Below, piece by piece: positions 51,484 to 60,707 of a stretch of 64,000 bases of DNA (position 1 is its first letter; the number at the start of each line of letters is the position of its first letter). Below the pieces are notes generated by a model that was given only the letters and a program-made list of their open reading frames with translations, was not told the origin of the DNA and did not search any database. Both the position numbers and the translations under genes were made by a program. Source of the stretch: an uncultured Pelagibacteraceae bacterium (lineage in GTDB: Bacteria > Pseudomonadota > Alphaproteobacteria > Pelagibacterales > Pelagibacteraceae); assembly GCA_902537575.1 (NCBI GenBank), contig CACBBX010000002.1, positions 9,222 to 73,221 of the forward strand, written 5' to 3'.

Positions 51484-52365
51484 TTTTTTTGTACCTGGAG
51501 CTAGTTGTGAAAATATAACTGCAATTAAAATTAATATACAGCCTATTATATTGTTGATATCTAATAATTGATCTAAAATAATCCAAGCAGCTATTACAGC
51601 AAAAACTCCCTCTAAAGAATATATAATTGCTGCTGGCGCTTCCTCTATGTTTTTTTGTGCAAACATTTGGAGAGTAAAAGCTACTCCTCCAGATAAAACA
51701 CCAGCATATATTATTGAGGAACTTTCTAGGAGAATATTTGAAATTATAATTTCCTCAAAAGTATAAGCTGTTATAGTTGATAATGTTGCTACTAAAAATC
51801 CCTGTAGAGCAGCATAAAATACAGGAATATCAAAAATCTCCATAAATTTTCCAGCAAAAATTATATGAAGTGCCCAAAATAATGAACATAAAATAACTAA
51901 GGCGTCCCCTTTCATAATTTCCGAGTCAGAGAAGTTACTTAATAAATAAACTCCATATATACAAAGACCTATTGAAGGCCAAATACTCCAATGGACTTTT
52001 TGTGAATATATAAAAAATAATAATACTGGTACTAGTGGAACATAAAAAATAGTGAAAAAAGCAGCATTAGCCACATTTGTGAATTGTAGAGATGCTTGCT
52101 GCAAAGATGTCCCTAAAAATAAAGATACACCCATTATACATAAATATTTGAAGAATTTTGGCTTATTTTTATGAATTTCACTAATTATTTTTTTTTTTTC
52201 AAAAAAAATTGCGATAGGTAAAATTGTAATAAAACCAACCCAAAAACGCGCAGCATTAAAAGTTAATGGACCAATATTATCCATGCCTGTATCTTGAGCA
52301 ATAAATGCTGTGCCCCATATAAAAGTAGTTATGATTGCACAAATAATTGAAAATGACTTAGTCAT
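51469..52365 (-). CDS. DMT/EamA-family transporter
   Basis: About 10 TM helices; IWGTAF, ARF, GDAL, YAGVLS, SLEGVFA. Confidence 0.88.
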   Translation of the reverse strand: MTKSFSIICAIITTFIWGTAFIAQDTGMDNIGPLTFNAARFWVGFITILPIAIFFEKKKIISEIHKNKPKFFKYLCIMGVSLFLGTSLQQASLQFTNVANAAFFTIFYVPLVPVLLFFIYSQKVHWSIWPSIGLCIYGVYLLSNFSDSEIMKGDALVILCSLFWALHIIFAGKFMEIFDIPVFYAALQGFLVATLSTITAYTFEEIIISNILLESSSIIYAGVLSGGVAFTLQMFAQKNIEEAPAAIIYSLEGVFAVIAAWIILDQLLDINNIIGCILILIAVIFSQLAPGTKKLVNN

Positions 52366-52387
52366 ATTTATTTATTAAATTAAATTT

Positions 52388-53482
52388 TTAGCTTATACCA
52401 TTAACTCTACATGCACTCATAAAGTCTTCCATGTTGATATAACATCCAGCCATTTTTCGTTTTCCCTTAAATGAGCTTCTTCCGTGTAAAATTCTCCAAT
52501 TATTAAAAATTAGTAATTGTCCTGGATTTAAAACGTGTCTCCATTGATATTCGGGTTTATTTATTAGATTATTAATTTTTTTAATTCCTTCGTAAAATTT
52601 AAGCGTTTGTAATTCATCTAATCTAAACTCTGTTCGATCATAATTGTTAAAACTTACTTGGATTAGCTCGTTATTATCTAATTTAAAAATAGGTCTCTTG
52701 GCCTCAAGAATTACTCCATCACCAATATATTTTCCAGGCACTTCGACGCTAGAGAGAAAATCAAATAAATCTTTATCATTTTTTTTTAAATTTTGTGCTA
52801 TTTTAAAACCATCTACTAATATTGACTCTCCCCCTTTTGCTTTATAATCACAGCACAGCAATAATTGCAAACCTGGTGCATCATTACTGTATGTTGCGTC
52901 AGTGTGTGGTTTTAGCTCTTCTTGTGTATAAGCACTATCAGCCTTATCCTGGTTTGACTCAAACTCCCAAAGACCTCCAAAAATAGACTGCCTTACATAT
53001 CCAATTTTATTTGCAATTGTTTCTACTGCTTTAAGGTTAGTTTCACAATTAGTAATTACACAAAAACCAAATTTGTATATTTTTTCTAAAAAAAATTTAA
53101 AACCATTCTCTCTCATTATATCTTTATAACTTAAGAATATATCTTCCTTAATTTGATACTTTTTCCACAAACGAAATTTAAAATCTTTACGGTTTTTACA
53201 CAGTAAATGCTTAAGCAAATATTCTGATGAATACGACACTACATTCGTCATATCTGACCACAAAATTTCTATATGTTGTCCCTCATTTTTCAATTTTGCT
53301 TGCTTAATTTTGATATCTAAGTCTAAACAGCCTGTGTTTGTTTTTCTTTGATGACTTCTTCTATCCCAGTTTTGCTCGTCTTTTGCATGGTCTCTTAACC
53401 AAATATTAGGAAAATTTTCTATAGTCTCGCCCTTAAACTTTATACGTAAGCTATTTGTTAAAATTTTAACACTTTCAATCAT
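52388..53482 (-). CDS. Fe(II)/2-oxoglutarate dioxygenase, gamma-butyrobetaine/trimethyllysine dioxygenase-like
   Basis: WLRDH N-terminal domain, AYT, HTD, GLQLL, GGES-x-x-VDGF, FNNYDR, NWRILHGR. Confidence 0.85.
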   Translation of the reverse strand: MIESVKILTNSLRIKFKGETIENFPNIWLRDHAKDEQNWDRRSHQRKTNTGCLDLDIKIKQAKLKNEGQHIEILWSDMTNVVSYSSEYLLKHLLCKNRKDFKFRLWKKYQIKEDIFLSYKDIMRENGFKFFLEKIYKFGFCVITNCETNLKAVETIANKIGYVRQSIFGGLWEFESNQDKADSAYTQEELKPHTDATYSNDAPGLQLLLCCDYKAKGGESILVDGFKIAQNLKKNDKDLFDFLSSVEVPGKYIGDGVILEAKRPIFKLDNNELIQVSFNNYDRTEFRLDELQTLKFYEGIKKINNLINKPEYQWRHVLNPGQLLIFNNWRILHGRSSFKGKRKMAGCYINMEDFMSACRVNGIS

Positions 53483-53512
53483 TACCTATGTGTAAATAAT
53501 TTTTTTATAAAA

Positions 53513-54769
53513 TTATACTGCTAATTTGTAGGCAAAATTTTTCCCAAGATTTTCTTTTAAATCGTTGTTAAACCTAGCTGCCTCAGCACCATCAATAATT
53601 CTGTGATCATAGGATAAGGAAATTGGCAACATTACTCTAGTTTGAAATTTTCCATTAATATGGATCTGTTTCTTTTCCGATCTTCCAATTCCTAAAATAG
53701 CAACTTCAGGATAATTTATTATTGGTGTAAAAAAAGATCCTCCTATTCCTCCTAAACTTGTAATAGTCATTGATCCTCCAAATAACTCTTTTTTGTCTAT
53801 TTTTAAATTTCTGCAAAGTTCGCTTAGTTCTCTTAATTCTTTGCTAATTAATGAAATTTTTTTGTTATTAGCATTTCTTATTTTTGGAACCATTAATCCA
53901 TTTGGTGTATCAACAGCAATTCCAATATGATAATATTTTTTTAAAGTCATTTTTCCAGTTTCAATTTCGTCTATAGACGAATTGAAACTTGGAAATTTTT
54001 TTAATGAGTTTACTAATGCTTTTATTATAAATGCTAGTGGTGTAATTTTAATTTTTTCTCCGGTATAGTTATCTGTTAGTGAACTTCTAAAATTTTCCAT
54101 TTCAGTTATATCTGCCTCATCATGATTTGTTACATGTGGAATTGTGGTCCATGAATTTGTAAGATAAGTTGAAGCTAACTTCTTTACTCTTGGTATATCT
54201 TTAATCTCCACTTTTCCAAAATCTGCGTGCTCATACTCATTCTTGATTTTACTTGATTTAACTTCTTTAATTTGATTATTTTTTACTGATTTTGAAGAAA
54301 CAAATTTTTTAATATCATCCTCTATTACTCTTCCATCTTTTTCACTACCTTCCACTTCATTAATATTCACGCCTAGCTCCCTCGCAAATTTTCTAGCTTT
54401 TGGACTGGCATAAGAAATGTCGGTAATTTTTTTTTGATTTGTAGAAATTTGCTCTTTAATTTGTTTTACTGCAACAGTTGGTTCAGATTTTTTTTCAATT
54501 CTTGTCTCCTCTTTAATTTTATTTTCGCTTGAAAAACTTTCTAATACTAAAATTAAATCACCTTCCGAAACCTTGTCTCCAATATTTAATTTTAAAGATT
54601 TGACTTTTCCTTCAAAGTTTGATGGAATTTCAACGCTAGATTTATCGCTCTCAATTGTTATTAATGGATCATTTTTTAATATATTTTGACCTTCATTAAC
54701 TAAAACTTCTATTACCTCAACATCTGTGAAATCACCAATATTTGGAACCTTAATATCTATCTCTTTCAT
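53513..54769 (-). CDS. aceF: Pyruvate dehydrogenase E2, single lipoyl domain
   Basis: ESDKS lipoyl site, ASPKARKFARE, DHRIIDGA; start set at ATG 54769. Confidence 0.93.
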   Translation of the reverse strand: MKEIDIKVPNIGDFTDVEVIEVLVNEGQNILKNDPLITIESDKSSVEIPSNFEGKVKSLKLNIGDKVSEGDLILVLESFSSENKIKEETRIEKKSEPTVAVKQIKEQISTNQKKITDISYASPKARKFARELGVNINEVEGSEKDGRVIEDDIKKFVSSKSVKNNQIKEVKSSKIKNEYEHADFGKVEIKDIPRVKKLASTYLTNSWTTIPHVTNHDEADITEMENFRSSLTDNYTGEKIKITPLAFIIKALVNSLKKFPSFNSSIDEIETGKMTLKKYYHIGIAVDTPNGLMVPKIRNANNKKISLISKELRELSELCRNLKIDKKELFGGSMTITSLGGIGGSFFTPIINYPEVAILGIGRSEKKQIHINGKFQTRVMLPISLSYDHRIIDGAEAARFNNDLKENLGKNFAYKLAV

Positions 54770-54770
54770 T

Positions 54771-57700
54771 TTATAACTTAGTAGGGATTGGTTTGTTGCT
54801 ATCAATGTTGTATTTTTTCATTGCATCTTTTGCGTGTTTTGAGGCTATAAGTTGCTCTTTTGCTAAAATACTCAATCCATATGCAACTATATGTTCTTTA
54901 TCTACTTCAAAGAATTTTCTTAGATTTTTTCTTGTATCGCTCCTACCGAAACCATCGGCGCCTAAAGAATAGAAACTTTTGTTAGTATAAGGTCTAATTT
55001 GATCTGAATTCATTCTCATATAATCTGAAGCAGCCATAATTGGACCCTCTGTTTTACCTAAACATTGTTCGACAAAAGATATTTTTGGTTCTTTGTCAGG
55101 ATTTAACAAATTATATCTCTCAACATCCATTCCATCTTTTCTAAGCTCATTAAAACTGGTAACACTCCAAATTTCGCTATCAATTTGATAATCCTTTTGC
55201 AAAATTTCAGCTGCCGAAATCATTTCTCTAAGTATTGTGCCTGATCCAAGAAGTTGGATTTTAGTTTTTTTATGCTTGTTAAGATCTTTTATTTTATACA
55301 TCCCTTTTAATATTCCTTCTTCTGTGTTTTTATCTTTTGGCATTTCTGGATGAGTATAATTTTCATTCATTGTTGTAATATAATAAAAGACATTTTCTTT
55401 TTTCTCGTGCATTCTTCTCAAACCTTCTCTAAAAATTACAGCAAGTTCATAGTGGTATGTTGGGTCGTAAGTTACACAATTTGGAATTGTTGAAGCAATT
55501 AAATGGCTGTGACCATCTTGGTGCTGCAGACCTTCTCCGGCCAATGTTGTCCTTCCTGCGGTGGCTCCAATTAAAAAACCTCTAGCTTGACTATCTCCAG
55601 CAGCCCATGCAAGATCTCCAATTCTTTGAAAACCAAACATCGAATAAAAAGTGTAGATTGGAATCATTTCAATATCATGGTTTGTGTAAGATGTTGCTGC
55701 AGCAATCCATGAAGACATTGCACCTGCCTCATTAATTCCTTCCTCTAAAACTTGTCCACTTTTTTCTTCTCTATATGAACTTAATTGAGCAGAGTCTTCT
55801 GGTTCATATTTTTGACCTTCATGAGCATAAATTCCGATTTTTTGAAAAAATCCTTCCATCCCAAATGTTCTTGCTTCGTCTGGAATGATTGGAACTAATC
55901 TTGGAGAAATATTTTTATCCCTCATTAAATTAGTTAACATTCTAACAAGGGCCATTGTAGTAGACATTTCTTTTTCACCTGTTGATACTTTCATAAAATC
56001 AAAAATATCTTTTGAGGGTGCTTTAATAGGTTTTGCAAAAGTTGACCTTTCTGGTAAAAATCCACCTAATTTAATTCTTCTTTCTTTTAAATATTTAATT
56101 TCTTGAGATTTTTCATCTGGTCTAAAATATTCAATATTTCTGACTTGTTCATCTGTCAAAGGGACATCAAAACGGTCTCTATAATACATTAGATCATCAA
56201 CATCTAATTTTTTTGTTTGATGGGTTGTGTTTACACTTTCTCCAGATTTTCCCATCCCATATCCTTTAATAGTTTTAGCAATAATAACTGTTGGGCTTCC
56301 TTGATGCTTGTTTGCTTTATCATATGCTGCATAAACTTTATGTGGGTCATGCCCACCTCTATTTAATCTCCAAATATCTTTATCTGATAGACTTGAAACC
56401 ATTTTTAAAGTTTCAGGATATTTTCCAAAAAATTTTTCCCTTACATAAGCGCCATCCCTTGCTTTAGCAGCTTGATATTCTCCATCAACTGTCTCGTTCA
56501 TAAGTTTTACTAAATGGCCTTTTTTATCATTAGCAAGTAAAGAGTCCCAGTAAGAACCCCAAATTACTTTTATCACGTTCCAACCAGATCCTCTAAAACT
56601 TCCCTCAAGTTCTTGAATTATTTTTCCATTACCTCTAACAGGCCCATCTAACCTTTGAAGGTTACAATTAATAACAAAAATTAAATTATCTAAATTCTCT
56701 CTAGCAGCTAAACCAATAGCTCCCATCGACTCTGGTTCGTCCATCTCTCCGTCGCCTAAGAATGCCCATACTTTTCTTCCCTCATCTTTTATTAATCCTC
56801 TGTTAATTAAATATTTCATGTATCTTGCTTGATAAATTGCAAGCATAGGACCAAGACCCATTGAGACTGTTGGAAATTGCCAAAATTTTGGCATTAACCA
56901 TGGGTGAGGATAAGAGGATAGTCCTCCAGGTTTAACCTCTTGTCTAAAACTATCTAATTGTTTTTCGTTTAATCTACCCTCTAAATATGCTCTTGCATAC
57001 ATTCCTGGAGCGCTATGACCTTGAAAGTAAACCAAATCTCCACCAAATTTATTATTTTTTGCTCTCCAAAAATGGTTCATTCCCACATCATACAAAGTTG
57101 CTGCTGATGCAAATGTACCTATATGTCCACCTAATTCTGGAAATTTTTTATTAGCTCTAACTACCATAGCAGCTGAATTCCATCTAATTAATGACCTTAT
57201 TCTTCTCTCAATATTTTGATCTCCATTAGATTTCACCTCAGCCTCAGGAGGTATTGTATTAATGTATGGTGTATTTTGAGTGTAAGGAATATTTGCACCT
57301 TCACGGTAAGCTTTGTTAATTAACTCTTTAATTAAAAAATGAGCTCTATGATTCCCATCTTTAGAAATTACAGCTGATAAAGATTCTAACCAATCTTTTG
57401 TTTCCAGAGGATCTATATCTAAACCATTGCTGACTTGTATAATTGATTGCTTGTTTTCAGGAATAATACTTGTTAATTCTTTTTCTTTTTGTATAGCAAT
57501 AACTTCTTCTGCTTGTTTTATTATACTTTCGGTATCTTTTGGAAGTGAGCTTTCATGTGAAGATTTTGATGTGGACACATAATTTAAAATTAAATCTCCT
57601 TTTGAAACCTTGTCTCCAACTTTAAGTTCTATTTTCTCTACCTTGCCGGAAACTGTTGAGGGGATTTCAACGCTTGATTTATCACTTTCAATTGTTATTA

Positions 57701-57803
57701 AAGGATCGTCATTCTTTATGTGATCCCCTGCTTTTACCAATATTTCTATTACCTCGACGTTTTCAAATTCTCCAATGTCAGGAACAAGTAATTTTTCGCT
57801 CAT
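54771..57803 (-). CDS. aceE: Pyruvate dehydrogenase E1, homodimeric type, with fused N-terminal lipoyl domain
   Basis: N-terminal VPDIG...ESDKS; GGHI, FPTVSMG, GDGEMDE, NCNLQRLDG, GEGLQH. Confidence 0.95.
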   Translation of the reverse strand: MSEKLLVPDIGEFENVEVIEILVKAGDHIKNDDPLITIESDKSSVEIPSTVSGKVEKIELKVGDKVSKGDLILNYVSTSKSSHESSLPKDTESIIKQAEEVIAIQKEKELTSIIPENKQSIIQVSNGLDIDPLETKDWLESLSAVISKDGNHRAHFLIKELINKAYREGANIPYTQNTPYINTIPPEAEVKSNGDQNIERRIRSLIRWNSAAMVVRANKKFPELGGHIGTFASAATLYDVGMNHFWRAKNNKFGGDLVYFQGHSAPGMYARAYLEGRLNEKQLDSFRQEVKPGGLSSYPHPWLMPKFWQFPTVSMGLGPMLAIYQARYMKYLINRGLIKDEGRKVWAFLGDGEMDEPESMGAIGLAARENLDNLIFVINCNLQRLDGPVRGNGKIIQELEGSFRGSGWNVIKVIWGSYWDSLLANDKKGHLVKLMNETVDGEYQAAKARDGAYVREKFFGKYPETLKMVSSLSDKDIWRLNRGGHDPHKVYAAYDKANKHQGSPTVIIAKTIKGYGMGKSGESVNTTHQTKKLDVDDLMYYRDRFDVPLTDEQVRNIEYFRPDEKSQEIKYLKERRIKLGGFLPERSTFAKPIKAPSKDIFDFMKVSTGEKEMSTTMALVRMLTNLMRDKNISPRLVPIIPDEARTFGMEGFFQKIGIYAHEGQKYEPEDSAQLSSYREEKSGQVLEEGINEAGAMSSWIAAATSYTNHDIEMIPIYTFYSMFGFQRIGDLAWAAGDSQARGFLIGATAGRTTLAGEGLQHQDGHSHLIASTIPNCVTYDPTYHYELAVIFREGLRRMHEKKENVFYYITTMNENYTHPEMPKDKNTEEGILKGMYKIKDLNKHKKTKIQLLGSGTILREMISAAEILQKDYQIDSEIWSVTSFNELRKDGMDVERYNLLNPDKEPKISFVEQCLGKTEGPIMAASDYMRMNSDQIRPYTNKSFYSLGADGFGRSDTRKNLRKFFEVDKEHIVAYGLSILAKEQLIASKHAKDAMKKYNIDSNKPIPTKL

Positions 57804-57967
57804 TTTTTAAATCGGTTTATACACCCTAATAAAGGCATATTTAATGATATTTTAGCACATTAAATGTCTTTTTAATGCAAACCTATATTTTAATTCACAA
57901 AAAATTGTTATTAAAATCAAAAAAAACATTAAATTTTGCTATATTTACAAAAATTTTAAAAAATTAA

Positions 57968-58044
57968 GGACCGCTGGCCAAATTGGATAAGGCGCTCGGC
58001 TACGAACCGGGAGATTCCAGATTCGAGTTCTGGGCGGTCCACCA
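57968..58044 (+). tRNA. tRNA-Arg (ACG)
   Basis: GGACCGC TG GCC AAATTGGATAA GGC G CTCGG CTACGAA CCGGG AGATT CCAGA TTCGAGT TCTGG GCGGTCC A CCA. Confidence 0.93.
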
Positions 58045-58058
58045 AAAAAAAGGTAAAA

Positions 58059-58157
58059 ATGTTCGATTGGCTCATAAAAGCATCACTCCAAAAGTCAGTT
58101 ATTTATTTTTTTATACTTATTCTAATAATTTTATTATTTTTAACTTATGTATTATAA
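58059..58157 (+). CDS. Putative small single-pass membrane peptide, 32 aa
   Basis: MFDWLIKASLQKSVIYFFILILIILLFLTYVL; AAAGGT 4 nt upstream of the ATG; fills the gap between tRNA-Arg and the thioesterase. Confidence 0.5.
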   Translation: MFDWLIKASLQKSVIYFFILILIILLFLTYVL

Positions 58158-58163
58158 AAAATC

Positions 58164-58565
58164 ATGAATAATGAATTTGAGCAAATAAGCATCAAACCTG
58201 GTTTTATGAGACACAATGGAGGTGTTTTATTTAGATCTATCTCTGAAACAGAATATGAGTTTAAATCAAAAATTAATGAGAATCATTTAAATGCCGCTGG
58301 CATAACACATGGTGGTTATCTTTCAGCTTTAGTTGATGCAGGATCAGGAACTGCAGCCCATAGAGCTGCAGGGAATACACCTTGTGTTACGATTTCATTA
58401 GATCTAAAATTTATTGGTGCATCAAAATTAGATGATGAAATTATAGGTCACACTAAAATTTTAAAAAAGACTAAGACTCTAGTATTTTTATTTTGTGAAC
58501 TTAAATGTAATAATAAAATTATAACTTCTGCATCTGGAGTATGGAAGATTTTGGTCAAACGATAA
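58164..58565 (+). CDS. PaaI-family hotdog thioesterase
   Basis: HLNAAGITHGG...LVD, VTISL. Confidence 0.9.
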   Translation: MNNEFEQISIKPGFMRHNGGVLFRSISETEYEFKSKINENHLNAAGITHGGYLSALVDAGSGTAAHRAAGNTPCVTISLDLKFIGASKLDDEIIGHTKILKKTKTLVFLFCELKCNNKIITSASGVWKILVKR

Positions 58566-58572
58566 TTTATAT

Positions 58573-60534
58573 TTAATAGTTTAACTCCTTTAGATTTTTA
58601 AAATAATCTAATACCTCTGGGTTAGCTAAAGCTTCCTTATTCTTTATTCTATTTCCTTCTATAATGTTCTTAACAGCTAGCTCAACAATTTTTCCACTTT
58701 TAGTTCTTGGAATATCTTTTACCACAATTATTTTCGTAGGTACATGTCTGGGTGAAGCATTCTTTTTTATTTGTGATTTTATATTATTTAATAAGTTTTC
58801 TGATAATGAGTGCTTTTTATTCATTACAACAAAAAGAATAATTCTAATATCATTGTCCCATGATTGCCCTACTACTAATGACTCTTTAACTTCGTTAAAT
58901 TTTTCTACTTGAGAATATATCTCTGAAGTTCCTAATCTGACACCACCAGGATTTAAGGTTGTATCTGATCTGCCATAAATAACGAATCCACCTGTCTTTT
59001 TAACCTCGGCATAATCTCCATGATGCCAAATATTTTTGAAACGTTTAAAATAGGCATCTTTATACTTGATATCATTATTATCTTTCCAAAATTTTATTGG
59101 CATTGAGGGGAAAGGATTTTTGCAAACAAATTCTCCTTTAGTATTTTTTACAGGATACCCACTATCATTAAGTATATCGACATCTAAAGCTAAACCCTTA
59201 TTTTGAATTTCTCCAAGATTAACTGGTTCATATAAATTTCCAAGTACAAAACAAGAAACTATATCTGTGCCACCTGATATAGAGGCTAAATGAACATTCT
59301 TTTTAATATTCTTATAAACATACTTAAATCCATCATTAGACAATGGTGAGCCAGTTGAACAGATAGTTTTTAACTTTTGCAGCTTAAATTTAAATTTCAA
59401 ATTTGGCTTATATTTTCTGAGCGTATCAACATATTTTGCACTTACTCCTAACAATGTAATTTTTTCTTTTTCTGCAATCTTAAGCAATAAATCTTTGCTT
59501 TTATATATTGGAGAGCCATCGAATAATACAATTGAAGCTTTTGAGGCTAATACTGATATTAACCAATTCCACATCATCCATCCACAAGTAGTAAAATAAA
59601 ACACATTGTCTCCCTCTTTTATATCACAATGTAATTGATGCTCTTTTTTATGTTGAATTAAGACTCCTCCAGTTCTGTGGCAAATGCATTTAGGTTTACC
59701 AGTTGTTCCACTAGAGTATAGGATTGCTAATTCATTTTCAAAATCATACAATTTAAACTTTATTTCTTTGGGATTTTTATTGATACAATTAGTCCATTTA
59801 AATAATTTCAACTTTTTAAATTTCTTATTATTTTTTACAAATTTATTGCCAGGATAATTAACGACAACTACATTTTTTATAGATGGTATTTGTTCTAAAA
59901 TTTCAGAAAGTCTTTCAATGATATTTATTTTCTTTCCGTTATAAAAATACTGATCTGTGATAAATAATACCTTTGGTTTTATTTGTGAGAATCTTTCTAT
60001 AACACCATTTGTTCCAAAATCTGGGCTACAGGAAGACCATATCCCACCGATTGATGTTGTTGCTAAAAATGCCTCAACAGTCTCTATACAATTAGGCATA
60101 TAAGCTGCTACCCTGTCGCCCTTTACTATTTTAATTTGTTTTAGAAACTGAATAACACTAGCTGTATTTAAATTTAACTTTTTCCAAGATCTTTCTTCCC
60201 TAAAACCATTTTCACTCACAAAAGTTATAGCTTTTTCATCATTATTTTTAGATAATAAATTTTGACCAAAGTTTAATTTTGTACCTGGAAGAAATAAGTT
60301 TTTATAAAAAATGTTTGATTTCCTTATTTTTTTTTTACTTTTAATACCTTTAATTTTACTAAAATCCCAGAATGTACTCCAAAATTCTGGAGAATTTTTA
60401 ATACTCCATTCTAATAAATTTTTATAACTTTTATTAAATTTTATATTAAATTTTTTTGTCAGGTAGTTTTCAAAAGCAAAAAGATTTGAGTTTTTCTTTT
60501 CTTTTAGTGATGCTTGCCAAAGTTTTTTGGTCAT
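58573..60534 (-). CDS. Acetoacetate--CoA ligase
   Basis: WSSCSPDFG, YSSGTTGKPKC, TTCGWMMWNW, SISGGTD, GRSDTTLNPGGVR; start set at ATG 60534. Confidence 0.92.
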   Translation of the reverse strand: MTKKLWQASLKEKKNSNLFAFENYLTKKFNIKFNKSYKNLLEWSIKNSPEFWSTFWDFSKIKGIKSKKKIRKSNIFYKNLFLPGTKLNFGQNLLSKNNDEKAITFVSENGFREERSWKKLNLNTASVIQFLKQIKIVKGDRVAAYMPNCIETVEAFLATTSIGGIWSSCSPDFGTNGVIERFSQIKPKVLFITDQYFYNGKKINIIERLSEILEQIPSIKNVVVVNYPGNKFVKNNKKFKKLKLFKWTNCINKNPKEIKFKLYDFENELAILYSSGTTGKPKCICHRTGGVLIQHKKEHQLHCDIKEGDNVFYFTTCGWMMWNWLISVLASKASIVLFDGSPIYKSKDLLLKIAEKEKITLLGVSAKYVDTLRKYKPNLKFKFKLQKLKTICSTGSPLSNDGFKYVYKNIKKNVHLASISGGTDIVSCFVLGNLYEPVNLGEIQNKGLALDVDILNDSGYPVKNTKGEFVCKNPFPSMPIKFWKDNNDIKYKDAYFKRFKNIWHHGDYAEVKKTGGFVIYGRSDTTLNPGGVRLGTSEIYSQVEKFNEVKESLVVGQSWDNDIRIILFVVMNKKHSLSENLLNNIKSQIKKNASPRHVPTKIIVVKDIPRTKSGKIVELAVKNIIEGNRIKNKEALANPEVLDYFKNLKELNY

Positions 60535-60661
60535 GTTTTTTTGCAAATTACTATTATAGAATTATTCCTATTTATGTTAATCTCACCCAAATTTAAAAGA
60601 AAATGAGAACTTTTTATCTTACGATTCGGTCATGTTTTAGACCATTTTTGTTCTTTAAGAC

Positions 60662-60707
60662 CAACAATATCTGGTAGGCTAAAAAAAAAGAATACCAAAC
60701 ATAGAAT
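60662..60707 (+). promoter_or_regulatory. Putative NrdR-box pair upstream of the helicase
   Basis: caaCAATATCTGGtag (60662-60677) matches every strong position of acaCwAtATaTwGtgt; a weaker copy lies at 60692-60707. Confidence 0.4.

Noticed and set aside
57983-58171. 62-aa ORF in the ORF track
   Set aside because: It starts inside tRNA-Arg; the 32-aa ORF in another frame fits better.
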